A DNA stretch of 64,000 nt from a virus (lineage: Duplodnaviria; Caudoviricetes), in the IMG/VR virus record IMGVR_UViG_3300029288_000145, positions 1 through 64,000 of that record. One strand, given 5' to 3'. The position numbers and the translations under genes were made by a program. This document shows, one piece after another, positions 28,700-38,051 of the stretch. Below the pieces are notes generated by a model. The model did not search any database. It was given only the letters and a program-made list of their open reading frames with translations, and was not told the DNA's origin. How positions within the stretch are numbered: position 1 is the stretch's first letter; the number at the start of each line of letters is the position of its first letter.

Positions 28700-29683
28700 A
28701 TGGAAAAAATCAAAACGTACAAAGCATTTGACAAAGAGCTTAAATGCCGTGATTTCCAATACGAAATTGGAAAAGAATACAAGCATAAAGGAAAGGTGGA
28801 AATATGTTCATCCGGTTTTCATTCATGCATAAATCCCTTTGACTGCCTGAGTTATTACCCACTAATCGAAACACGATTTTGTGAATGTGAGGTATGGGGC
28901 AAGACTGACAAAAACAATGATGATAGTAAGGTGTCTAGCGAATTTATTCTGATTGTAAAGGAATTGTCGGAAAAAGAATTTAACCTCATTTGTGTAGATT
29001 TCTTAATAAAAGAATGTGAAGAAAAGCAGTCAGGAGACGACTCGCAGCAGTCACAGTCAGGATACGCCTCGAAGCAGTCACAGTCAGGATACCGCTCGCA
29101 GCAGTCACAGTCAGGAGACGACTCGCAGCAGTCACAGTCAGGAGACGACTCGCAGCAGTCACAGTCAGGAGACCGCTCGCAGCAGTCACAGTCAGGAGAC
29201 CACTCGAAGCAGTCACAGTCAGGATACCGCTCGAAGCAGTCACAGTCAGGATACGCCTCGAAGCAGTCACAGTCAGGATACCGCTCGCAGCAGTCACAGT
29301 CAGGAGACGACTCGCAGCAGTCACAGTCAGGAGACCGCTCGCAGCAGTCACAGTCAGGAGACCACTCGAAGCAGTCACAGTCAGGATACCGCTCGAAGCA
29401 GTCACAGTCAGGATACCGCTCGAAGCAGTCACAGTCAGGAGACGACTCGCAGCAGTGTTCTTGTGGTTATGATTCTGAAATAATTGCAACAGGAGAAAAT
29501 AATGTCGCTGCCGCAATTGGTGAAAAATCCAAAATTAAAGGCATTATCGGCACCTGGATAACACTGGCAGAATATGACAACGATTCAAAATGTATCTGTG
29601 TAAAATCGGCCATCATTGATGGTAAAAAACTTCTGCCCGATACATGGTACATTCTTAAAAACAAAAAATTCACTGCAATATGA
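28700..29683 (+). CDS. DUF7666-like protein with 9-aa tandem repeats
   Basis: YKAFDKELKCRDFQYEIGKEY..GFHSC.NPFD N-domain; C-terminal VKSAIIDGKKLLPDTWY. Confidence 0.75.
   Translation: MEKIKTYKAFDKELKCRDFQYEIGKEYKHKGKVEICSSGFHSCINPFDCLSYYPLIETRFCECEVWGKTDKNNDDSKVSSEFILIVKELSEKEFNLICVDFLIKECEEKQSGDDSQQSQSGYASKQSQSGYRSQQSQSGDDSQQSQSGDDSQQSQSGDRSQQSQSGDHSKQSQSGYRSKQSQSGYASKQSQSGYRSQQSQSGDDSQQSQSGDRSQQSQSGDHSKQSQSGYRSKQSQSGYRSKQSQSGDDSQQCSCGYDSEIIATGENNVAAAIGEKSKIKGIIGTWITLAEYDNDSKCICVKSAIIDGKKLLPDTWYILKNKKFTAI
29027..29458 (+). repeat. 16 x 27-bp coding tandem repeat QSG(D/Y)(D/A/R/H)S(Q/K)QS
   Basis: cagtcagga-NNNNNNtcg-NagcagtcA units counted from the sequence. Confidence 0.95.
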
Positions 29684-30639
29684 AAAAAACAATCACAAAA
29701 TCAGACATCTTATACAAGATGTTTCAGCTACAGGCAAAAAAAACGATTGAGGGAGAAAACCGGGCAATAGAATTTTGCCGGGCTTACTCAATCGAAACAG
29801 GGGTGCCATACCACCGGATAAAAAAGTATATGGAGACCTATACAGGTAGCCCTGAGAAATTCCCTGGCTGGGTGCAGAAAATGGAAAGAAAACGCCTGAT
29901 GAAGAGAAGGGCAGCAGCAAACACGGTCACTATTTACGAAAAGCATAAATAACAAAGCTATGAAACTGGAAGTATTTGAATTTTGGCATAACCAGAAAAT
30001 AAAAGAATTTATTGTGGAATATTCCAAGGTGCCTGTAAAAACAGATGGCCGGGAATGTGAGGTGTCTCCGGGAGTTTATCAGTCAGAGGTATCCATTGAT
30101 GGGATAAAAATGTACGTGAAACATGATGATAATTTTGCCCTAGTTGAGTTTTCCAAGCATGATATTACCGCCATGTCATGCGCCATGAAGGAAATTCAGG
30201 AGGCAAAGGAATTGCAGACAATGAGTCAGGAAGAACTTAATGACTTCTACTCATGAAACAGTTTGTTCCGATCACAACCATAAGCCGTGAAGCACGGTTT
30301 TTGGCGCATCCCTGGTGTTATATCCTGAAAGAAGGGTTTAATACTTATTTTGCCCTGGGAGTAAATTACCGAGAAACGGTTAAGGTTCCGTTTCTCAAAA
30401 AGCTAATTGATTCCGATATGATCATGCCGGGAGGTCATGACAAACATGGCCGGGAGATGTATGTTCGTGGTGTCACCAAGAAAAGCGAAGAGGAAATACG
30501 GGACAGTTCGCTGGCGTATGTTTTTCATCTGCTTTGCAAATATCCTACTATTGAAAAATGGGATTATCCGGGTGCATACTTGGCGGCAAAGAGTAGGCTG
30601 GCGGAGGTAGTAAACTCAATTAGACGTAATGGTGGCTAA
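29680..30639 (+). other. Three hypothetical CDS (29680..29952; 29960..30256; 30253..30639)
   Basis: Coupled ORFs; the TAA of the last lies in the crossover of attC-like 3. Confidence 0.6.
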
Positions 30640-30765
30640 CGGTACTTGTGTAAATTTCAGTGCCGTAAAATTAGTACAAACTTTAAATTGAAAATAAAAT
30701 GAAAAATCAAGTAGAAAATTATCAACAAAGCACTGCACAGGCATTGAATTTACACAATGTTAGCA
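30634..30765 (-). repeat. attC-like hairpin 3 (132 bp)
   Basis: Plus strand GGCTAAC-ggtac-TTGTGTAAATTtCAGTGCC ... GGCATTGAATTTACACAA-t-GTTAGCA. Confidence 0.7.
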
Positions 30766-30947
30766 GTAGTGCCAAAGGTGGACTTCGTAAAATTAAAGAT
30801 GCAGAGCAACCTTGCCTACATCCTGAACATAATCCACCGATGCACATTTATTTAACAGCAGGAACTTATGAATACACCTGCCCTTCTTGTGGCAAGGTTA
30901 CGACATTCACAGTGCCATTGATTACGTTTTAGAGGCATTACTGCTAA
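30640..30947 (-). mobile_element. Integron-like gene cassette 3 (308 bp)
   Basis: GTTAGCAGTAGTGCC (30759) versus GGCATTACTGCTAAC (30934-30948): complementary 14/15. Confidence 0.7.
30699..30932 (+). CDS. Small Cys/His metal-binding protein (cassette 3 cargo)
   Basis: CLHPEHNPPMH...YTCPSCG; start codon lies inside the attC-like loop. Confidence 0.65.
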   Translation: MKNQVENYQQSTAQALNLHNVSSSAKGGLRKIKDAEQPCLHPEHNPPMHIYLTAGTYEYTCPSCGKVTTFTVPLITF

Positions 30948-31023
30948 CTAGTTGGTATAGTCACCTTCTAAATATAGTTGCGTGAATATCAGCAATGTAG
31001 TGTTATTTAGTCTAATTAAAATT
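30942..31023 (-). repeat. attI-like recombination site, copy 3
   Basis: Minus strand AATTTTAATTAGACTAAATA..ATTTAGAAGGTGACTATACCAACTAG|TT; gapless with the other copies. Confidence 0.75.
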
Positions 31024-31366
31024 ACTTCTCAATAATGGTTATTTGATACAGGGCTTCAACGATCTTTTTTTTAATCCGAAACATAGCATAAGCGGAACCG
31101 GACTTCATTCCCTTAACATCCCAGACCTCCGTATGTCCATCGGCAAAAGTTATGAGGAAATCTGCCTTATAAAATCCACAGTTAATGTCATTTATTATTA
31201 TGTCATACCTAGGCTGGCAAATGTATTCCGTAATAACCTTGCCTCGTTTAAGCAGTTCAAGTTGTGCCGCATAGTTAGCTTCCTTCTTAGAGTCATAAAT
31301 ACGTCCATTAAATTCCGTCCGTTTGGCGTGGAACTTATTTCTTTTTGTAAAAGGATGAGAAGTCAT
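31022..31366 (-). CDS. DUF1064-like PD-(D/E)xK endonuclease
   Basis: NKFHAKRT..GRIYDSKKEA...YKADF...VWDVKG. Confidence 0.8.
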   Translation of the reverse strand: MTSHPFTKRNKFHAKRTEFNGRIYDSKKEANYAAQLELLKRGKVITEYICQPRYDIIINDINCGFYKADFLITFADGHTEVWDVKGMKSGSAYAMFRIKKKIVEALYQITIIEK

Positions 31367-34300
31367 AACTATTATCGTTTGGTGCGGTCATTTGTTGCAT
31401 GTATCTGTTATAAGCAGACTTGGCTCCCAGTAGTGCTGCCGATACTGCTGATACCAGGTCACAGTCCTTTAAATACTCAATACCCCTCATTCTCTTACAC
31501 TCTTCTAAAAAGTCATCATGCTTTATCCGGGCGCTGTGATATTCGATATAATCACGCACAGAATTAAACCTGTCCTGGTTGGCGGCGGCACCTGCCCAGA
31601 AACCGGGTTTTTCAACAATCTTTCCAGTAACATTATCAATGTCGTGTAATAAATATCCACCAAAGCCAAATTCAATAAAATCCCTCCAGAGTGTTTTGAT
31701 ATTGTTCTCCAAGTACATCATAGAGCCAAAGTACACACACATTTTTATCATGTCCCAGGAATATTCACTGCCGGCAGGTCGGTAACGATAGGTACATACG
31801 ATATTATATGTCTCCCATTCTGATACCTCTTTGTTGTCCGGGTCAATATTCATATCTCTTAGACGAAGTACGGCACCACCACCATCGGACATTCTTTCAC
31901 GAGATTCACGTAGCTGTGCCTCTGTCTTTGTTGAAAACTCAAAGGGGTCTCCACCGGCCACATACTTTCCGGGAAAGGCGGGATAGTAAATGCCATCTTT
32001 GAGAACTCTCTTACTCCTGATCTCTTCAGGTGGCATGTGTGAAAGCAAAAAGCGTCCATCGGGATTTTCTTTAAACACAACTTTGCCGGTTTGGTCTCCT
32101 CCCTCAAACTCGAAATTACCCCTTATCGGCTTATCCTTACCCGTCAGGCGATATAATTCTGCTAACTGGTCATTTATCTTGACTGTGTTAAATCCGATTG
32201 ATGTGGAGGCTCCTTGGAAGCACTCGGCATATGTTGTTGGAAAGAGTTCAACAAACCTGTGATATTGCCTCATGGCTGTCGGCGTGCCTTTTGATAGCAA
32301 TATCTGTCTCTGGGATGAAATAAAATCTTTGGCACCATAATTCTTTTTGATAAAGGCCGCCTGATCTGGAGTCGGATTGCTTATAACTGACAGTCCGTGC
32401 TTGTCTATAAACCCCTTCATACCGTCATAGGCAGGTATGAAAAGCGTTCTTAGTCCTGATGCTGTCTGCCCGGTAAGCTCGTTGATCTGCTCAAACCGGG
32501 ACTGTTCACACAAACGCCTGAAGTTGGATATTGTTACGGCATTAGCCTCCTCTACCGTTGTCGGGTGGATGCTGAAACCGACAATCTCATCTCCTATTGA
32601 CTGACATTCTTTGACGACATTCCACCGGTCAAATATGTCCTCTTGACTTTCCCTGGTGTTATGAACAACGGTGTAATCTGACAATAAAAACCTTCTATTT
32701 CCATCAATAATAAAACCATAATAGTTGCCAACACCCATTAATTCAACACGAAATCCAGTGTGTTTAGGGTTTCTGGAATTTTTGTTTTTATTTTCAATAA
32801 TTGGCATTTTTTTTCGTGGAATGAGACAATGTATTCTGTGCATATCAAATCCATAAATGCGTACTCGGTAAACGGGACAAGTATAAATTGGCTTGTTTGG
32901 CCTTTTTAGAGTGGCTATTTTTGCGTGAATAGTACTACCAAACCCACAACTAAGTGCCAAATCTTTTACCTGTTCAGCTAATATTGGTAATTTTAGGGTT
33001 ATTTCGTATACGCATTTATTTTTAGTGGTACATCTGTGACCATCCGTGTCTATTATGCCAGCCAATAATTTAAGTCGATTGTCTATACTATCAACTAAAT
33101 AATCTTTTATTATGTGTTTATTACGGATTAAATTATTACTACTTAAAAATCTTTGAATATAATTTATTTGGCGACCATGTGAAATAAATTTATATCCCTT
33201 ATAGTATCCAACATACTTTGTATAATTTGATATAAGATTCTCATTTAAACCAAGTTTGGTTGCAGCATCTTTTCTACTATGATACCGATTTATAAAATTA
33301 TTATTTCTATCATAACAATCAAATATAGCGGTTCTTTTCTTCGATAACCGATAAGTTATTCCATCTTCTTTTATAACCACCTTATATCCACCCTCTTTTG
33401 CGTAGTTATAAATGTAATTTATTACTTCTTTATCCACATTAGTTATGGCTGGTTCAGCAGAAGCACCATCTCCTAGCCATAAACCATACAAATATGGGTC
33501 TATTATGTGTTGTTTTTCAGGATAATCTACCCCAACACTATATAATACTAATCCACGCTTTTGATATTTTGACAATTTTAAATAATCTAATACGGTTAAT
33601 TCTATTATTTGTCCTTTTTTATATTTATAAGAATAAAATTGAGATTCATCACTTATCTTACATACGAGAATATGATTACTATTACACACCCAAGGGTCGC
33701 CTTTATTTGGTATTATCTTATATAGATCGTCCTGTCCACATACGGTAGATAATACATTTCGTTCTATTGAATCATCTCCCATAAGCAAATCGCCAGGAAG
33801 AATGTCTTGAACCATTTTAACGTCTCCATTATACATTCTTATAGGCGTATCCTTACCAAAACAGTTTCCTTCTTCATCACTCAGTATGTATTTTAGCTTT
33901 TTACCGTTATAATAAGACTTGTCAGAGGTCTGGGCGTAGTCGAATTTTGTTTTAAGTTCCTTCTTTTTATACAGGATAATCTTACCGTCCTTATTTCGTT
34001 CTGCCGGGGCGTTGCAGCTTATATTTTCCTTGGGATTGGTAGAACTATCCACCATTGGCTTAAAGTAAAACGGTATCTTCTGAAAGGCCGGAACAAGTTT
34101 ATCGGAAAATTGTGTCTTGGCATTGGCAGAGGTGTAAGATTGTAGCCCTATAAGAGCTGCTATAGACCGGGTGCCGATCTCCAGACCTACAGATATTGAC
34201 TTGTGCGTGGCACCATCCCTCCTGTGCTTGGGATAACAGAAGCCATAACATATCAACCTGCCGTAATCTTTAAGTTTTACGTCTCCATTATCATCTACAG

Positions 34301-34856
34301 CAACTTTTTTTGGCCGTCCCTTGTCGTCCCATTCGGAATATACGGGTGCTTTTGTTGTTGTGGCACAATCCCTGGCAAAGAGGAACCACCGTCTGTCCCT
34401 ATCCCTGTATTCGGCGGCACCTATATCCAGGTTGTAAACGGCTAAATACCAGTAATGCCAGCCATCCAGAAATGTTGGCTTGCCGTTATTAAAAAACCAG
34501 TATCCGTATAGCCTGTAATGCCATTGACGTTTTATCCATAATATCTCATCCTTATAATATTTCTGCCGGGCTTGCAGTTCGTTCCACACATCATCGGCAA
34601 AGGTATGTTTGTCAATAAGTTTGAGTATCTTTTTTGGTGTCGGTGGAATACGCCAGTATTGTTCATCACAGGGTTCGCCAAATCCATCTATAAGATGCCA
34701 TACAGGAGGTTCCGGCAGGTTTATACGCTGGGCGGTTAAGTCCGGGTCATTGTCATTAATGTAAAAATGGGTGTCGGCATCCTTGTAGGTAATGAGAATA
34801 TCCGGCTTTATAAGGGGTGAACTCTTATAATATTCAAGTGCCTGTAGTCTCTTCAT
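31335..34856 (-). CDS. terL: Terminase large subunit interrupted by an intein
   Basis: KHRRDG Walker A-like, YILSDEEG Walker B, C-terminal RNase-H-like GGDP/SDGG/ENN; 771 aa after removing the intein. Confidence 0.85.
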   Translation of the reverse strand: MKRLQALEYYKSSPLIKPDILITYKDADTHFYINDNDPDLTAQRINLPEPPVWHLIDGFGEPCDEQYWRIPPTPKKILKLIDKHTFADDVWNELQARQKYYKDEILWIKRQWHYRLYGYWFFNNGKPTFLDGWHYWYLAVYNLDIGAAEYRDRDRRWFLFARDCATTTKAPVYSEWDDKGRPKKVAVDDNGDVKLKDYGRLICYGFCYPKHRRDGATHKSISVGLEIGTRSIAALIGLQSYTSANAKTQFSDKLVPAFQKIPFYFKPMVDSSTNPKENISCNAPAERNKDGKIILYKKKELKTKFDYAQTSDKSYYNGKKLKYILSDEEGNCFGKDTPIRMYNGDVKMVQDILPGDLLMGDDSIERNVLSTVCGQDDLYKIIPNKGDPWVCNSNHILVCKISDESQFYSYKYKKGQIIELTVLDYLKLSKYQKRGLVLYSVGVDYPEKQHIIDPYLYGLWLGDGASAEPAITNVDKEVINYIYNYAKEGGYKVVIKEDGITYRLSKKRTAIFDCYDRNNNFINRYHSRKDAATKLGLNENLISNYTKYVGYYKGYKFISHGRQINYIQRFLSSNNLIRNKHIIKDYLVDSIDNRLKLLAGIIDTDGHRCTTKNKCVYEITLKLPILAEQVKDLALSCGFGSTIHAKIATLKRPNKPIYTCPVYRVRIYGFDMHRIHCLIPRKKMPIIENKNKNSRNPKHTGFRVELMGVGNYYGFIIDGNRRFLLSDYTVVHNTRESQEDIFDRWNVVKECQSIGDEIVGFSIHPTTVEEANAVTISNFRRLCEQSRFEQINELTGQTASGLRTLFIPAYDGMKGFIDKHGLSVISNPTPDQAAFIKKNYGAKDFISSQRQILLSKGTPTAMRQYHRFVELFPTTYAECFQGASTSIGFNTVKINDQLAELYRLTGKDKPIRGNFEFEGGDQTGKVVFKENPDGRFLLSHMPPEEIRSKRVLKDGIYYPAFPGKYVAGGDPFEFSTKTEAQLRESRERMSDGGGAVLRLRDMNIDPDNKEVSEWETYNIVCTYRYRPAGSEYSWDMIKMCVYFGSMMYLENNIKTLWRDFIEFGFGGYLLHDIDNVTGKIVEKPGFWAGAAANQDRFNSVRDYIEYHSARIKHDDFLEECKRMRGIEYLKDCDLVSAVSAALLGAKSAYNRYMQQMTAPNDNSYDFSSFYKKK
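32658..33863 (-). mobile_element. Intein (402 aa) with LAGLIDADG homing endonuclease
   Basis: Block A CFGKDTPIRMYNG, blocks YGLWLGDG and LAGIIDTDG, terminal VVHN followed by Thr; visibly more AT-rich than its flanks. Confidence 0.9.
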
Positions 34857-35535
34857 ATGGGTTGTAGTCTGGGAAAGGTGGTTTATTTGCCGCCAGCTTT
34901 ATTGCAATATCCTCCGGGGTAAGATTGAGCAGTTCGTTCTCAATATTCTCCATGAGTTCGATATACATAGCCTCGGCATTGTCGCCACTTAATAGATATA
35001 GTGATGATTCCTCTATACCTTTGCGGTAGGCATCTATATTACCACGTATGGTCGCCCTGTCTTTTGGTTCGGCAGTCATCTTTAATAATGACAGCTCGTC
35101 AAATAGCTGTTCCATGTATGTCATGACTATAGCATGGGTGGGAGATTTTTGTACGAAGCAGTACCGGAGTGCCATCTGGTTTACCGCTTTATTTTTATAG
35201 AGAATAACATCCTCATAGTGCCGGGTGAACTTATTATCCTTGGCTTTAGGGTCTTTGCCGAACTCGGCCAGTTTTGCCGCCTGTACCCGGCGTTCCATTA
35301 TCTTGCTAAATTCTATTAAAGGGGAGTTAATATCGTAAACATATGCGACAAATTGTAAGACCCTAGTTCTGTTTAATATCATGGATGACAGTGGTGTTGC
35401 CTCCTCAATAAGTTTCAATCTAAACTCAGGGTATATTCCTAACTGGGGTATTTTTTCAAATGGGTCATCGCCCGGCTTCAGGCGATGTAGTGGAAAATAT
35501 AACTTATCGAAATCTTTTAATTTATCCGGTTCCAT
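34834..35535 (-). CDS. Helical protein coupled upstream of terL (small terminase candidate)
   Basis: 233 aa overlapping the terL start; assignment by position only. Confidence 0.4.
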   Translation of the reverse strand: MEPDKLKDFDKLYFPLHRLKPGDDPFEKIPQLGIYPEFRLKLIEEATPLSSMILNRTRVLQFVAYVYDINSPLIEFSKIMERRVQAAKLAEFGKDPKAKDNKFTRHYEDVILYKNKAVNQMALRYCFVQKSPTHAIVMTYMEQLFDELSLLKMTAEPKDRATIRGNIDAYRKGIEESSLYLLSGDNAEAMYIELMENIENELLNLTPEDIAIKLAANKPPFPDYNPYEETTGT

Positions 35536-35542
35536 ACATTTG

Positions 35543-35614
35543 TAGCGAGGGGTGGAATCGAACCACCGACTATGGGATTATGAGTCCCACCTTCTACCAC
35601 TGAAATACCTCGCA
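35543..35614 (-). tRNA. tRNA with CAT anticodon (Met, Ile2 or fMet unresolved), no encoded CCA
   Basis: Folds: acceptor TGCGAGG/CCTCGCT, D stem TTTC/GAAG, anticodon TGGGA-CTCATAA-TCCCA, T arm GGTGG-TTCGATT-CCACC. Confidence 0.85.
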
Positions 35615-35620
35615 AGGTTA

Positions 35621-35643
35621 GGGAGGGGAATTTCACCCCTCCC
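35621..35643. other. GC hairpin just upstream of the tRNA 5' end
   Basis: GGGAGGGG-aatttca-CCCCTCCC; no U-tract in the transcribed direction. Confidence 0.5.
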
Positions 35644-35664
35644 AGGAAGATATAAAAAGCAGGA

Positions 35665-36846
35665 TTAAAGTGCGGACATACCCCTGTAGAAAGCAGTATG
35701 TATGGCTTCACCTTGTTCGAGAACGGCTGTGGCAGCATCAAGAGTATCCTGATTCTGACAATATTCGTAATCGGCCTGGTCGTTGTAGTTGATGATCTCT
35801 TTCCATGCTGTGATGGTATCGGCATCTGTCAGGTCACGGTACATGGCACGAATGGCGAGTCTTGCCCACATGTCATAATATACCTCATTCAGATCGTCAA
35901 TTATACGGTAAACAGAGTCATTGCTGAAACCACCTGTAGGAATGACAGTTTGTAGGGTGACGGTGTTTGTTCCACCAACATAGTCAGTAATCAGTGAGTA
36001 GTACTTCTTAGCAGTTCCGGCACCGGTGTAGAGATACTTGTTATTGTAGGTGTCATTCGTTGCATGAAGCGCGTAGAATCTGTCTCCTGTCGTTGCAGCA
36101 GCAGCAATAACGGCGGTGTATGCACCGGCTGAACCACTTTGTGCTGTTCCTGAGTTTAAAAAGCGCAGGTAGCCACTGAACAGGTTGGTTAAGTACGGTT
36201 GGGAGCAACTGGGGTGAATTTTATTCCACGCCCTGTCATGGGTGAGGTTGCCAGAGGCATCAGCAGCAAAGTACAGGCACATATAAGCGGATGCGTTATA
36301 AATTGCATACGTGGATGTGCCATCAGGTGTTGCCGTCCATGCTTTTGCAGTAACAGCCACCTTTGTTGCGGTGTCATTTGACCTGATATACCTCTTGTCT
36401 CCTGAATCAGTACCGCCAGTAATTACAATGTAATAACTTGCATAAGCATTTGTTCCAGCGGCATCGGCAGCGGCAAGGGTGATCTGTAAACCACCACCGG
36501 CCTGTGCTGTACCTGTTGCAACAGATGTCCCGGCAGAAGTTGATTTCAGTGCCGTGTAAAGGGTTGATAAATTCGGTTCAGAAACTTTGCTTGTACCACC
36601 GGCACTGGCCGCCTGGGTATCGCATAGAATAAATACGTAATCGTAAGACGTTGGATTTGGTGATGCTATAGCAGCAGCGACCAAGGCATTAACGGCAGTT
36701 TCATCGGAGCCGTAAACGTCCACGAGAACGGTGGAGGCAGTTGATTTGCACTCCTGAATAAAAGCAGCACCGGCAACTTCGTACTCCCGGTTGCTGTTGT
36801 AGAAACACAGAACATTCTTTGCTTCTAGTAAGTTTGATGCACTCAT
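35665..36846 (-). CDS. Ala/Thr-rich virion protein with a duplicated beta domain
   Basis: 393 aa; repeats ITGGTDSGDKRYIRS...STYAI / YTGAGTAKKYYSLITD...SVYRI; has its own structural-class promoter. Confidence 0.5.
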   Translation of the reverse strand: MSASNLLEAKNVLCFYNSNREYEVAGAAFIQECKSTASTVLVDVYGSDETAVNALVAAAIASPNPTSYDYVFILCDTQAASAGGTSKVSEPNLSTLYTALKSTSAGTSVATGTAQAGGGLQITLAAADAAGTNAYASYYIVITGGTDSGDKRYIRSNDTATKVAVTAKAWTATPDGTSTYAIYNASAYMCLYFAADASGNLTHDRAWNKIHPSCSQPYLTNLFSGYLRFLNSGTAQSGSAGAYTAVIAAAATTGDRFYALHATNDTYNNKYLYTGAGTAKKYYSLITDYVGGTNTVTLQTVIPTGGFSNDSVYRIIDDLNEVYYDMWARLAIRAMYRDLTDADTITAWKEIINYNDQADYEYCQNQDTLDAATAVLEQGEAIHTAFYRGMSAL

Positions 36847-36896
36847 TTTGTTTTACTGTTTAACAGTTAATGTAAATTAGATGTGTGAATAAAGTA

Positions 36897-36927
36897 CAAA
36901 ATTAACTAATTAAATAATAAAATCAAA
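36897..36927 (-). promoter_or_regulatory. Promoter, structural-gene class
   Basis: TTTG-N19-TAATTTTG. Confidence 0.7.
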
Positions 36928-36934
36928 ACTGAGA

Positions 36935-36981
36935 AATTTTAAAATAAATTTGGAATTACTGTATATAGTTTCGTATCTTTG
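36935..36981 (+). promoter_or_regulatory. Promoter, extended class
   Basis: AATTTTAAAATAAATTTGG, N21 spacer, TATCTTTG. Confidence 0.75.
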
Positions 36982-37000
36982 TTCTGTAAAATAAAGACCT

Positions 37001-37420
37001 ATGGTATTTAAATGGAAGCGGCCTAAAGAGAACTACAACCCACACGTTGATTTCCGTGCGTGGGACAGGCAGGAGAACAGGTTTCATTATGAAATACAGC
37101 TATCGGAGATGAAACACGACTTTTTTTTCATACACTATCTCTCAGGACGTTTTGAGATACATCCATTTATCGGGTCAAGAGATAAAAATGATGTGAAAAT
37201 ATACTGGAAAGACCTGGTGGCCGGCTGGCAGAATGGCGAGAAGTGGATATGCCGGGTAGAACTTATCCAGGACGACATGGGAGCCTTCTGTTTCCATCCA
37301 GATTACCTTATTCCACCAAAGTACGAGGTCAAGTGGAGTGACGGATATGTTTTCGGCAATGAATATCTGCCATTTTCCGAACCCGTTGACGAGGATAGCG
37401 TTCAATTTAAAAAACATTAA
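37001..37420 (+). CDS. YopX-family protein
   Basis: DFRAWD...FIGSRDKNDVKIY..DLV...GNEY. Confidence 0.75.
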   Translation: MVFKWKRPKENYNPHVDFRAWDRQENRFHYEIQLSEMKHDFFFIHYLSGRFEIHPFIGSRDKNDVKIYWKDLVAGWQNGEKWICRVELIQDDMGAFCFHPDYLIPPKYEVKWSDGYVFGNEYLPFSEPVDEDSVQFKKH

Positions 37421-37461
37421 CTTGGAATTTGTGGTCAAATAACTTATATTTGTAAGAAAAA

Positions 37462-38050
37462 ATGTTAAGCCAAGAGTTCATAAATGATTGTTTTGTACGG
37501 GATGGCGAACCGTATCCGTGTCGTGGTGATATATATGTTGAATACGAAGTAAAACATTCCGTTCCAAGTATAGTATCATATGACATTACTTATATAAATG
37601 AAGAGTCGGATACACTTGAATTTCCAAGGGTGAATGATATTATCCTGCAACTGGGCAAATCTCGCAGAATAGTGTCGGCCACATACGACATTGATACAAA
37701 AACCCTCATATTGAACTTTAATGAGAAAATATAAGGAGTTGTTTAAGAAGATTGAGGCCGAACCTCATCGTGCATTTACGTATATAATGTCAATATTTGA
37801 CGGTATATACAATGATATGATGGAAGCCTGTGGCCGGGAGGAGAATCCAAATGCAGTCATGGAAATCGTAAATATGCACAATAAGAAATACAAAAGAATC
37901 TCAGTGGCAATAAACAAACATATTGAACAACGCTATGGTATAAAGAATTTACTCCGTAGTGAGGCGTTCCTGGACACTATAAAGTCCAATATTTTAATGG
38001 ACAAACAAGCGTTCCATGTGTATAACTGCTACTGGGGATTATCGAACTAA
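37462..38050 (+). other. Two hypothetical CDS (37462..37734; 37721..38050)
   Basis: Preceded by a TATATTTG -7 box near 37445-37452. Confidence 0.55.
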
Positions 38051-38051
38051 T

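Noticed and set aside
29027-29458. Possible CRISPR array
   Set aside because: Units are contiguous with no unique spacers, lie in frame within a gene, and no cas genes are present.
28986-29516. Alternative-frame and antisense ORFs over the 27-bp repeat (29016..29483 plus; 28986..29516 minus)
   Set aside because: A stop-free unit whose length is a multiple of 3 opens several frames automatically; only the 28700..29683 frame has recognisable flanking domains.
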